Counted from the stretch's first letter, positions 43,985 to 53,199 are shown. The stretch: 64,000 nt of DNA from an uncultured Candidatus Binatia bacterium (GCA_965215605.1 OZ244070.1:1024001-1088000), one strand, 5' to 3'. Notes: generated by a model from the sequence alone, not told the origin. Made by a program: numbers and translations.

Positions 43985-44042
43985 GCCCTACATCTGGACG
44001 CGACCGGGCTCCGGTGCGGACCCGGACTACAAGATATGGGTT
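43985..44042. promoter_or_regulatory. Tandem NrdR-box-like sites
   Basis: gccCTACATCTGGacg (43985-44000) and ctaCAAGATATGGgtt (44027-44042), 42 bp apart; compared by eye with consensus acaCwAtATaTwGtgt. Confidence 0.5.
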
Positions 44043-44130
44043 ATGGGGGAGAATTCCGTCCGGGCCCGGAAGGCCACTTTCGGCGCCCGGACCGGGGGGC
44101 TGTCCGGCCATCGGCCGGGAAGCGGGAGTG

Positions 44131-44515
44131 GGGGCTAGCGGATCGTTAAGCCGGATTCTGTAACGCCTCCCAACAGGAGGCGGGACGGTCATTCATCTTG
44201 CCCCGTGGTTGCCCACGGGGTCCAGCGACCTTACCCGAGGGTATTCGGGCGGACGACCCGACCCTCCTATTTGGTCTTGCTCCGGGTGGGGTTTACCATG
44301 CATCCGCCATCACTGACGGACCGGTGAGCTCTTACCTCGCCATTTCAACCTTACCCGAGGGTCCGGTTCGACCCGGAGCCCGCCGGGCGGTGTGTTTTCT
44401 GTGGCACTTTCCCTCGATCGCTCGAGGCCGCCGTTAGCGGCCACCCTGTCCTGTGGAGTCCGGACTTTCCTCCTCCGCGTTGCCGCGGAAGCGACCGTCT
44501 GATCCGCTATGCCCC
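44131..44515 (-). ncRNA. rnpB: RNase P RNA (type A)
   Basis: GAGGAAAGTCCGGACTCCA, AGTGCCACAGAAA, GGTAAACCCC, ACAGAATCCGGCTTA; P1 pairs GGGGCATAGCGGATC with GATCCGCTAGCCCC; promoter TTGCAA-17-GAAACT at 44550-44522. Confidence 0.97.
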
Positions 44516-44572
44516 AGACTCAGTTTCCCGGTTACAGGACGAGGTTGCAAGCCCTGGGAACCCCTCACGACA

Positions 44573-45304
44573 CTAGGGCTGCCCCCCCTGTTCCGGGGCC
44601 GGCGGGTTGTAGAAGAGAATGCGCTGGCAGCTCGGACATAGATTGACCCGCTCGTTGCGCAGCACGTCGTTCCATAGCTGCGGCGGGATGTTCATGTAAC
44701 AGGCCTGGCATATGGCCGACGACACGGCGACCACCGCGGTGCCGCCGCGCCGGTCGAAGAGCATCTCGTATTTTCCCACGAGATCGCCGCTGAGACGGGA
44801 CGCCGTGGCTTCGCGCGCGTCGCGGGTTTGCGCGATCTTCTCCTCGATGGCGGCGACCTCCGCCTCGAGGGACTCCCTCTTCCCGTTCCAGTCATCCCGG
44901 AGGCCGGTGAGCTCTTCCTCTTTCTGCTTCAGGATCCCCTCCTGCCCCTCCAGGTCGGTCATGACCTCGATCAGCTCCTCCTCGATAATGGAGTTGGACT
45001 CCTTGATCGCGCCGATCTCACGCTGGAGCGCCTGCAACTCCTTGATACTCTTGATCTGGTTCATGCGCATGCGCTTCTCGGTGGCCTTTCGGCCGGCATC
45101 GTGGATGGTCTGTTCTTTGCCCTTGCGAACTCCGTCCTTTTCCTCCCACGCATCCCTCAGCGTCTTCACCTCTGCCGCCAGACGGGCGATTTCGCCCTCG
45201 CGCCGTTCGATTTCCTCGAGCCGTTCCGTTTGCGCGTCCTTGTGCTGCTTCACCTCCAGATCGATGTCCTGAAGCACTGCCAATGTCTCCAACTGCTCGC
45301 GCAA
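44573..45304 (-). CDS. Coiled-coil + C4 zinc-ribbon protein (COG1579/DUF164)
   Basis: LQDIDLE, long coiled coil, CQACYMNIPPQ...CPSCQRIL; GGAGGT precedes TTG 45304 (GTG 45307 is an alternative start). Confidence 0.92.
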   Translation of the reverse strand: MREQLETLAVLQDIDLEVKQHKDAQTERLEEIERREGEIARLAAEVKTLRDAWEEKDGVRKGKEQTIHDAGRKATEKRMRMNQIKSIKELQALQREIGAIKESNSIIEEELIEVMTDLEGQEGILKQKEEELTGLRDDWNGKRESLEAEVAAIEEKIAQTRDAREATASRLSGDLVGKYEMLFDRRGGTAVVAVSSAICQACYMNIPPQLWNDVLRNERVNLCPSCQRILFYNPPAPEQGGQP

Positions 45305-45332
45305 CACGTTACCTCCAGTCATGGGACGCCTG

Positions 45333-45369
45333 AAAAAAAAGAACCGCGCCTCAGCAGGCGCAGTTCTTT
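45333..45369 (-). terminator. Strong intrinsic terminator
   Basis: GAACTGCGCCT-GCTG-AGGCGCGGTTC followed by 8 T residues. Confidence 0.85.
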
Positions 45370-45430
45370 CCATACGGATACAGGCTGTCTTGTCGTGTTC
45401 GATCGGCCTTTTGTCTCATGCGTTGAACAT

Positions 45431-45460
45431 ATTCTATCGAATAGTCCATCCATTTGTCAA
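45431..45460 (-). promoter_or_regulatory. Near-consensus sigma70 promoter
   Basis: TTGACA-18 nt-TAGAAT. Confidence 0.7.
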
Positions 45461-45485
45461 AGGCCGGCCGGGACCGCCGCGGCCG

Positions 45486-46871
45486 TCACAGGCCCAGCTT
45501 GCCGGGGTTCATGATGCCGTTGGGATCCAACCCCCGCTTCACCGTACGCATGACATCCAGGCTCTCGCCATGCTCACCGGCCATGAGCGGGGCCAGCTTG
45601 ACCCCCACCCCGTGGCAGTACTCCACTGAGCCGCCGAAACCGTGAACCCTTCGAAGGAGGGCCAGGACCGCGTCGCCAAGCTCGGCCCGGGCCGGCTCGC
45701 CGCCTTCCTTGGACAGGCGCAGCGAGAAGAGCTCGGGGCCGGTCCAGAGCCCGCTCTCCCGGAAACGCACTCCGCGCGCGGTGACCAGGGCAATGGCTTC
45801 CCGCCGGAAGGCCAGCACCCGGGACGCGGGCAGGGCCACGTGCACCCAATCCTGGTGCACTCCGTTGGCGCTCCGGCGCCGGCGCTCGCTTCGGTTGGCG
45901 GCGAACCGCCGTGCGGCCGCGTGGCGTTCCCGCCAGAACCCTTGAACCTTCTCGTCTGCCAGCCGTTCGCCGCCGCGGTCCAGGCACGCCGCCAGCGCCA
46001 CACCTTCCTCCGCGGCCGTCAACTCCGCCTTGCCCTCGAACCCGAGGTAGAGGATCGACGGTCCTTCCGGATCCTCCGTCTCGTCGCCGTAATCCAGCAG
46101 CATCGGCCTCAAGCCGGCGGCATGGAACTCCCGGACGGCCTCGAAACCCCGTGCGAAGGAGTCGAAGCGGACGGCAAGGAGCGACCGCGACTCGGGAACC
46201 GGGAACACCCGCAGGGTGACCTCCGTCAGGATCCCGAAGCAGCCCTCGCCGCCGATGAAAAGGTGGTTGAGATCGATCCCGGTAGAGCTCTTGGCCACGG
46301 GGCGGGTACGGCAGAGGCGTCCTTGGGGCAGCACCGCCTCCACCCCCAGCACCTGACTCCCCATGGAGCCGTACTTGCCGCCGCGGTAACCCAGACTGTT
46401 GGTGGAAACGGCGCCGCCCACCGTGGCCACCGGGAGCGTCCAGGGGTCGTGGCCCAGCATGAGGCCGGACTCCTGGAGCCGGGAGTCGAGATCCTCCAGC
46501 ACCACGCCGGCCTGGACGCGGGCCGTGAATGCCGCTGCGTCGACCTCCAGCACGGCGTTCATCCGCCTCAGATCCACGACGATGCCCGGGGTCAGCGAGG
46601 CTGCCGCGCCCATGAGCCCCGACCCTCCGCCGTAGGGCACCAGCGGCAGGCGGGCCTCGTTGGCCACGGCCACGACGGCCTGCACCTCGGCCGTGGAGGC
46701 CGGGGCGCAGACACACAGGGGATGAACGGGGACGATGGGATGCCCGGGATGGATGCGGCTCCGGCTCAGCGCATCCCAGGAATGGCGGCCGGTCTCATCC
46801 GCGTCCGTGAGGACGGAGGCCGCACCCAGCAAGCCGGCGAGGCGGCTGATCGTATCGGCGTGTTTGCTCGT
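45486..46871 (-). CDS. FAD-binding oxidoreductase (VAO/PCMH family, alkyl-DHAP-synthase/D-lactate-DH-like); start uncertain
   Basis: PYGGGSG, ATVGG, KYG, GGEGCFGILTE, HGVG, DPNGIMNPGK. The first canonical start is TTG 46832; an in-frame ACG at 46871 follows AGAGGAG. Confidence 0.88.
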   Translation of the reverse strand, partial: TSKHADTISRLAGLLGAASVLTDADETGRHSWDALSRSRIHPGHPIVPVHPLCVCAPASTAEVQAVVAVANEARLPLVPYGGGSGLMGAAASLTPGIVVDLRRMNAVLEVDAAAFTARVQAGVVLEDLDSRLQESGLMLGHDPWTLPVATVGGAVSTNSLGYRGGKYGSMGSQVLGVEAVLPQGRLCRTRPVAKSSTGIDLNHLFIGGEGCFGILTEVTLRVFPVPESRSLLAVRFDSFARGFEAVREFHAAGLRPMLLDYGDETEDPEGPSILYLGFEGKAELTAAEEGVALAACLDRGGERLADEKVQGFWRERHAAARRFAANRSERRRRSANGVHQDWVHVALPASRVLAFRREAIALVTARGVRFRESGLWTGPELFSLRLSKEGGEPARAELGDAVLALLRRVHGFGGSVEYCHGVGVKLAPLMAGEHGESLDVMRTVKRGLDPNGIMNPGKLGL

Positions 46872-46901
46872 AACTCCTCTGAATCCCGGAAGTTTGACGC
46901 G

Positions 46902-47672
46902 TCAGTGCATGTTCTGGCCGCCGTCCACCACCAGGGTCTGGCCGGTCATGAAATCGGCCAGCGGGGAGCACATGAACAGGACGCCGCCGACTAGGTCCTG
47001 GGGCACCTGGACCCGCTTGATGGCGCGCTGGCTGATGTTGCTCTGGCGCATCTTGAGGATCTCCTCGGTGGGGTTCACCTCGGACAGCGTCGATCCCGGG
47101 CACAGGATGTTGACCTGGATATTGTCGTCGCCGACTTCCCGTGCCAGGGTGCGGCTGAAACCCATCACTCCGGCCTTGGAGGCTACGTAGTGAATGCGTC
47201 CGGGGGGGCCGGAAAGCGCCGTGCCCGAGGCGACGTTGACGATCTTGCCGGACTTCTGCTGGCGCATCTGCGGCAGCACCGCGCGGCAGCAGAGGAACAC
47301 GCCCTTGAGGTTCACGGACATGAGCTTGTCCCATTCCTCGAGGCTGATCTCCTCGATGCGGCCGCGGCTCATGGGAATGGTGGCGAAGATCGACGCGTTG
47401 TTGATGAGCACGTCCACCCGGCCGAAGCGCTCGATGGTCTTGGCGACCATCTGCTTGGTGGACCCTTCGTCGGACACGTCGACGCGCACCGCCATGGAAC
47501 CGGCCTCGCTCATCTTCGCCAGGTCCGCCGCCACCTTCTCCGCCGCCTCCCCGTCGATGTCCGCTACCACCACCCGGGACCCGGACTTGGTAAAGCCCTC
47601 GCAGTAGGCGGTGCCGATACCGTGTCCTCCGCCCGTGACGATCACCACCTTGCCCTGCAACCCTTCGATCAT
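46902..47672 (-). CDS. Short-chain dehydrogenase/reductase
   Basis: TGGGHGIG, NNAS, YVASK, TGQTLVVDGG. Confidence 0.93.
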   Translation of the reverse strand: MIEGLQGKVVIVTGGGHGIGTAYCEGFTKSGSRVVVADIDGEAAEKVAADLAKMSEAGSMAVRVDVSDEGSTKQMVAKTIERFGRVDVLINNASIFATIPMSRGRIEEISLEEWDKLMSVNLKGVFLCCRAVLPQMRQQKSGKIVNVASGTALSGPPGRIHYVASKAGVMGFSRTLAREVGDDNIQVNILCPGSTLSEVNPTEEILKMRQSNISQRAIKRVQVPQDLVGGVLFMCSPLADFMTGQTLVVDGGQNMH

Positions 47673-47969
47673 GAATGCTCCTCTCAGGCCCAGCCGGTGG
47701 CCCGCTACAGGCGGGGGCCGGCGCGGCCGCGAAACGATTATGGCCCTGCTCTATCGGGAAACCGAGTGCAGTGTCAAGCGGCCCGACGGCGCCGAAACCC
47801 GCCCCGAAACGGCAGCCCCGGGGCCCTCTCCGGCTCGCTACAGCCGAGACCGACACTCGCTTGTCGTCGATAGCTGAGCCCTGCGCAAGGATGAGTATTA
47901 TAGCGCGTTTCCGTCGGTCTGTGGCGGTGTTTCGGCTTCAGAATGGAAGGGACGATTGCCGTTCATGCC

Positions 47970-50900
47970 CTACCACCGCGCGGTCGCTTCGAACCCCATG
48001 GTGTGCTCCGGCTCCGTCCAGTCGCTCTCCCGGCGCGTCCCCTTCAGGCCGAAGGAGACATCGGGCGCGTTGGCGTGGGTCGCCGGCGTGAGGCGCCACC
48101 CCACGCTGTAGTCGCGCGCGCCGGTGGCGAGCCCCAGCCCGACATGCGGGCTGCCGGTGAAGCGGCCCGAGAAGGCCGGGTAGCCGTATGCCGCCTCCGC
48201 CGTCCAGCGGGCGGCGGTCTCGCCGCTGCCCGTGCGGTCCTCCAGCGGATCGGCCCGGAACAGCGCGTCAAGCCCGCCCTGCGCGGCGCCGCCCCAGTCC
48301 TGGGTCAGCGTCAGAGAGGGACCCCGCGCGGTCGCTGGACCGGGATCCCAGGCCAGCGACGCCGCAAAGCCCTGGTCCTCCAGATCGTCCGAAGCATGGG
48401 AAATCAGGGTACGGCCTGAAAGGTCGAGGGAGAGGCCGAGGGTCGGGTTGACCCAGGCCAGGCCGCCGCCGACTTCCACCCCGAAGCCGGTCTCGGCATC
48501 GCCGCCGTCCTGGCGCATGCCCAGCTCCAGCTTGGGCGTCAGATGGCTGCCGCGCGCCAGCGCGGCCTTCCAGTTTCCCTCCAGACCGAGCCGGAAGCGC
48601 GTCACGTCGGAATCGGACGCCGCGAGCTCGTGGGTCTTGTCCGAGCTGGTGCGTGCCCAGAGCGAGTCCGAGGTCACCGCCAGGGCGGGACCCGATCCTT
48701 CCGCCGGGGGCGCGATCACGTCGCCGCGCAGGCCAGCCGCCGCCATGGTCCAGGAGATGTCGGAGGTGAGGGAACCGCCTACCTCCGGTTCGAGCGTCAC
48801 GTCGCCGGCGCCATAGCCCACCGCGCCCCAGAGCTTCAGCCGGTCCGAGACCCGGAGCGCGGCATAGGGAACCGCCGCCGTCAGCGACGCCTCCACCCCA
48901 CCGTCGCCCTCGCGGACGGCGCCGCTGCACAGGACCCTCCGCGCTTCGGCATCCAGAGGTTGAGGGCAGCGCACGGAATCCGTACCGTTGCCTGCCCCGG
49001 ACCCCGACCCGCTGTCGGCATAGCCGCCATCCCCGCTGCTCCGCATCAGGGCCAGTCCGGCCAGCCAGTTGCCACGCCCATAGTCGGCGCCCAGCATGGC
49101 CGTGGTGGCCTCGCCGTCGAGCGAGAACGTCCCCTCGCGGCCGTCGAAGCTCGACTGCGCTGCCCGGCCCCAGAAGGCCACGCTGCCGCCCATGCCGTCC
49201 TTCTCCCCGGTCGTCGTGAAGCTGCTGCCCAGCAAGGCTTCCCGGGCCGTCATCGAGTAGGACTGCGCGCCGCTGCTGCCGAAAGCGAAGCCATGAGTGT
49301 CATGGCCGAATGCCGATCCCGGACCGCCGTCGCCGAAACGGCCGCGGGCGACATCGGACTGCACGAGCCGGCCATTGCCGGACAGGCTGCCAGGGGCAGC
49401 ATTCCCGTTCGCTGCGCCAACCGATCCATCGGGGCCTGCCTGCGGGCGGGGGGAGCGGGGATCGAAGCCGAGCGCCTGTCCGGCGATCATGCCCTGCACC
49501 CCGGCGTCGCGCGACGCCGCGATGCGCCCGGCAATGCCGTCCAGAGCCTGCTCAGCCGCCGTGCGACCGAAACGCGCCAGCCACGCCGCCGGCATCGGGT
49601 CGGAGTTGGTGATGGTGCCCACCGCAACCCCGTCCGCAATCGACACCGATACCCCGGGCGGGCCGTTCACGTCCGCGTCGAACAGCACCATCTCGAAGGT
49701 CTCCGGCTCCTCGTCATGACTGTCGTTGTAGAGGCGGACGTAGATCTGCGTCTCGGTCTCGCCCGGCCTGAACCGGGCCCGCAGCCGCCAGGACCGCTGC
49801 CACGCCAGGTAGTCCTGGCCCGCCACGGCCGACACCGGCGACGAATCCCGCGTCGCGTAGTGGACGCTGACCGGCCAGTCCACCTTCTCGCTCAGCGTCA
49901 CCGTGAAATACCCCGTGCGCTGGTTCTCCTTGAAGCTCGCATCGGCAATCGAGATCGTCGGACCCGACGCCGCCGCATCGTTGTCGGACACCGCCACCGT
50001 GGCGGCATGGTCCGGCGAGGCCGCTACCGTGTAGCCCGTGCCGGCCTCCACAGTTGCCGTGATGGAGCCGTCCGGCTCGTCCGCGCTATCGTCCACCGTG
50101 GCGACTTTCACGGTCGCGCTGCCCGTGACCGGGATGGTGACCGTCCGCGAGCCGGTCTCGCCCGAGGCGGCGAAATCGCCGCTCTGGCCGACGCTCAGCG
50201 TGATGTCGAGCGGGGCCGCCGGCACCGGGCTCGCCGAGACCGTGAAGGAGGCCGAGGCGCCTTCCGTCACCCCGCTGCCGGCGGAGAGGCTCACCACCGG
50301 CTCGTCATTGTCGCGCACCGTCACCGCGGCGCTGCCCTGGCCCGTGGCCACGGTATAGCCAGTGCCCGTGCCGAGGGTGACGCTTACCGAACCATCGGCC
50401 TCGTCGGCCGCATCGTCCAGCGTGGCCACCGAGAGCGCGCCGCTGGTCGCCCCTGCTGTCAGCACCACCGTCCGGTGCCCCGCGCCGGGCGTGTCCAGAT
50501 ACTCGCCGGACTGGGCGACGGTGTAGGGGACCGTGAGGTCGGACCCTGGCGCCGGGTTGGCCGTGAGGGTGAAGGTGGCCTGGCCGCCCTCGTCCACGGC
50601 AGAGCCCGCTGAGAGGCTGAGCTCGGGGGTGACCGGCGTGCCGGGTGTCGCCGGTTGGACCTCGGCCGGTTCCGGCTGTTCCTGCGGTGCCGCCGCCAGG
50701 CATTGGAGCGCCGGCGCCACCGGCGCCCAGCGCTGCAGGCCGCGGTCGGCCTGCGCCTGCGCCTCGGTGATGGTCATCGGGTTGTTGCTGTAGGCGTTGC
50801 TCTCCCCGAAGGCGGCCAGCACTCGGCTCCAGCGCTCGACATGGCCCGGCGACGTCCGCCAGGTCTCGGTCGCAGCCTTCTGGGCGTCGGCCAGCAGGGC

Positions 50901-52847
50901 GTCGGAGACGCAGGCGGGTGTCTCGACCTGCGCCGCCTGTGCGTCTTGTTGCGGCGAGCCCTGGCCGGCTTCGACGGTGATCGTGACCCAGGCAAAGCCG
51001 TCAAGGATGCCGCGCCGCCTGCTCGTCGTTGACGTGCCGCCGCTCGAATTTGGACGTACCTCAAGCAGCACCTTTGGTATCGCGGCCAGCCTGAAATGCA
51101 TGACCGTGGGCGCCGCCGGGGCGGTGAAGGTGGCAGTTTGGCCGTTCCTCTGCACGCCTCCCTGGACGAACGTGGTCGAGTTCGGGCCGTCCACCTGCCG
51201 CCACCGCCAGGCAGTGTCGCTGCTGGCCCAGGGCCCGGGGGCCGTGCCCGAAAGGGTGACCTGTTCCCCGGTGGCCACCGTCTGGTCGGTGCCGGCATTC
51301 GTCGCCGGCCTGAACGGGGCACCGGGGTTGCCTTCCATCCAATGTGTCGCCAACGCCAGATTGTTCTTGAACACGCCATCCGGCAGCACAGCGAGCCTGT
51401 TGTCATTCAGATACAGAACCCTGAGATTTGTGAGACTGTCAAAGATGCCCGCCGGCAGCGTCGGCAGCTGGTTTCTGTCCAAATCCAGCGTCATCAACCC
51501 CGCGAGGTCGTCGAAGATGCCCGCCGGCAGCGTTGTCAGGCTGTTTCGATCCATCCGCAGGCGCTTCAGATTGGTGAGCCCGTCGAAATCGCCCGCCTTC
51601 AGGCTGCTCAACCCCTTATTGAATAAATTCAGGGGGTTGCTGTGGACGTCGCCGCTGATGGCCGCCAGATGTGTGTCGGTCACGTCGCGGCAGTGGATGC
51701 CGCCGCCGATCATGCGGACAATCTCGTCGCGCACCGCCTTCGTGCGCCCGCAGATGCCGCCATCAAACATCCTCGCCACGATGTCAAAGGCGGGAATTGA
51801 ATCATCCTTGCGGCCAGTGGCGTAACGCCGGGTCCTCTGGTCGTAGAACGGTCCGTTGAAGGAGTGCCTTATCGTGAAATGCTCGTCGTTATCGTCATCG
51901 TCATGAGGCACGTTGACAATAATCGTTTTGGTCTTGCCCCCGGGTTTCAGCCAGTCGGACCGGGTCCATGTCACGCTCGCCGGATTGAACGTAACGTCGC
52001 CGTCGCGTGTTTCCGGGCCGAAATTGTGATGCGGCCACTGGTAATCGACGCTGGGCGTGACCGTGAGGGTTTCCCCTGGCTTCGGGGGCTGGTGCAGGGT
52101 CAGGTTGTATGACGTCTTCCCGTCTTCATCGACATTGAGACAGCCGTCGTACTTGTAGGGGCAACTCGGAATTTCGATCCGGCCATGGGTGACCTGGATT
52201 TCATGGGTGATCTGGGCATCGAATACGCCATCAAGATTACTGTCGATCTTCACGATCAGGGTGTCGGGCCTGAGGGCAGTCTCAAAGACCAGTGTTCCGG
52301 AAGAATTTCGAGCGCTGCGGGTTCTTCCGACGATCCCCACGGTGTAGCCCGTGTTCCACATGTCACGCTCGATTTCCATGTCGTATGTCGTTCGGCTTGC
52401 GGATTTCATTCTGGGCTGTGACCAGCCGTCTACACGAGCGAATCTGATCGGCTCGTTGCCGCGCAGGAACCGATACGAGCGCTTCGTCTGCGTTGTGATT
52501 TGCACATGGACTAGATCCGTAGGCTGCTTGTTAAGCTTGACGGTAAAATTGCGATCCCGGTCCAAGCTGAGCATCATGGGCTCGGTTGCGGTATCCAGGT
52601 CGATCACGGGTAGCACCTGCTGCGCCTGAGCGTGATCGCTTTCAGCGAACCCGAGCACCAGCGCCAAGCAAAGCGCCACCGGCACCAAGCCGCGCAGCAA
52701 ACGGCGGGCAGACGCGAGGGGCTTGCCGCGTTTATCAACCCCTGCGCTGCGGCCATGTGCGTCGCGGCCGCTGCGCGCGCCCAAGAGCGCTGCGAACCCC
52801 GCTCCCATCGCTCGGGCGGCTGCCCTGACTTCGCTCGCCATGTTCAT
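47970..52847 (-). CDS. Large autotransporter-like surface protein (LRR, PKD-like and Calx-beta domains, C-terminal beta-barrel)
   Basis: GGAGG then ATG 52847; signal-like segment ending AQA; LRRs (LPAGIFD); Calx-beta repeats (TVDDSADEPDGS); WLARFGRT linker; amphipathic strands ending in terminal W. Confidence 0.88.
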   Translation of the reverse strand: MNMASEVRAAARAMGAGFAALLGARSGRDAHGRSAGVDKRGKPLASARRLLRGLVPVALCLALVLGFAESDHAQAQQVLPVIDLDTATEPMMLSLDRDRNFTVKLNKQPTDLVHVQITTQTKRSYRFLRGNEPIRFARVDGWSQPRMKSASRTTYDMEIERDMWNTGYTVGIVGRTRSARNSSGTLVFETALRPDTLIVKIDSNLDGVFDAQITHEIQVTHGRIEIPSCPYKYDGCLNVDEDGKTSYNLTLHQPPKPGETLTVTPSVDYQWPHHNFGPETRDGDVTFNPASVTWTRSDWLKPGGKTKTIIVNVPHDDDDNDEHFTIRHSFNGPFYDQRTRRYATGRKDDSIPAFDIVARMFDGGICGRTKAVRDEIVRMIGGGIHCRDVTDTHLAAISGDVHSNPLNLFNKGLSSLKAGDFDGLTNLKRLRMDRNSLTTLPAGIFDDLAGLMTLDLDRNQLPTLPAGIFDSLTNLRVLYLNDNRLAVLPDGVFKNNLALATHWMEGNPGAPFRPATNAGTDQTVATGEQVTLSGTAPGPWASSDTAWRWRQVDGPNSTTFVQGGVQRNGQTATFTAPAAPTVMHFRLAAIPKVLLEVRPNSSGGTSTTSRRRGILDGFAWVTITVEAGQGSPQQDAQAAQVETPACVSDALLADAQKAATETWRTSPGHVERWSRVLAAFGESNAYSNNPMTITEAQAQADRGLQRWAPVAPALQCLAAAPQEQPEPAEVQPATPGTPVTPELSLSAGSAVDEGGQATFTLTANPAPGSDLTVPYTVAQSGEYLDTPGAGHRTVVLTAGATSGALSVATLDDAADEADGSVSVTLGTGTGYTVATGQGSAAVTVRDNDEPVVSLSAGSGVTEGASASFTVSASPVPAAPLDITLSVGQSGDFAASGETGSRTVTIPVTGSATVKVATVDDSADEPDGSITATVEAGTGYTVAASPDHAATVAVSDNDAAASGPTISIADASFKENQRTGYFTVTLSEKVDWPVSVHYATRDSSPVSAVAGQDYLAWQRSWRLRARFRPGETETQIYVRLYNDSHDEEPETFEMVLFDADVNGPPGVSVSIADGVAVGTITNSDPMPAAWLARFGRTAAEQALDGIAGRIAASRDAGVQGMIAGQALGFDPRSPRPQAGPDGSVGAANGNAAPGSLSGNGRLVQSDVARGRFGDGGPGSAFGHDTHGFAFGSSGAQSYSMTAREALLGSSFTTTGEKDGMGGSVAFWGRAAQSSFDGREGTFSLDGEATTAMLGADYGRGNWLAGLALMRSSGDGGYADSGSGSGAGNGTDSVRCPQPLDAEARRVLCSGAVREGDGGVEASLTAAVPYAALRVSDRLKLWGAVGYGAGDVTLEPEVGGSLTSDISWTMAAAGLRGDVIAPPAEGSGPALAVTSDSLWARTSSDKTHELAASDSDVTRFRLGLEGNWKAALARGSHLTPKLELGMRQDGGDAETGFGVEVGGGLAWVNPTLGLSLDLSGRTLISHASDDLEDQGFAASLAWDPGPATARGPSLTLTQDWGGAAQGGLDALFRADPLEDRTGSGETAARWTAEAAYGYPAFSGRFTGSPHVGLGLATGARDYSVGWRLTPATHANAPDVSFGLKGTRRESDWTEPEHTMGFEATARW

Positions 52848-53002
52848 CGCGATCCCTCCGAACCTGTCGCCCGGCCTGCCGGTGCGCACAGCGCGCAAAT
52901 ATGCCGAGCGTCGCCTACCCAGTTTGGCGTATGCTGTACCGAACCAGCGGAAACCGCCGGCGCATTTTTGGATAATACGCGACAACGTCAATGGCAACCC
53001 AG

Positions 53003-53199
53003 AGCGGGTGTGGCAGGCCGCGAAGGCCCGGCAGGGGGAAATCTCCGAGCAATACGCCACGTCCATCGCGGCCACGCGCGCGGCTCATGCCAACCGCCTC
53101 AACAGCACCCATCGTCCCCGCTACCTGCTGTCGGGCCTGCTCGAATGCGGCGTGTGCGGCGGTTCCTACGCCAAGCGCGGCCAGGACCGCCCGATTTGA
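53003..53199 (+). pseudogene. Fragment of a large serine recombinase (recombinase/zinc-ribbon junction)
   Basis: ERVWQAAKARQ...RLNSTHRPRYLLSGLLECGVCGGSYAKRGQDR then a stop; no catalytic N-terminal domain upstream. Confidence 0.8.

Noticed and set aside
44228-44362. 15-nt direct repeat ACCTTACCCGAGGGT (44228 and 44348)
   Set aside because: Both copies lie inside rnpB at GGUAAGG-containing structural elements. With only two copies it is not a CRISPR or att site.
52860-52960. Possible c-di-GMP riboswitch upstream of the adhesin (GCCAAAC...GACGC)
   Set aside because: It lacks the GGCAAACC/GNRA/GCAAAG architecture. An Infernal search would settle it.
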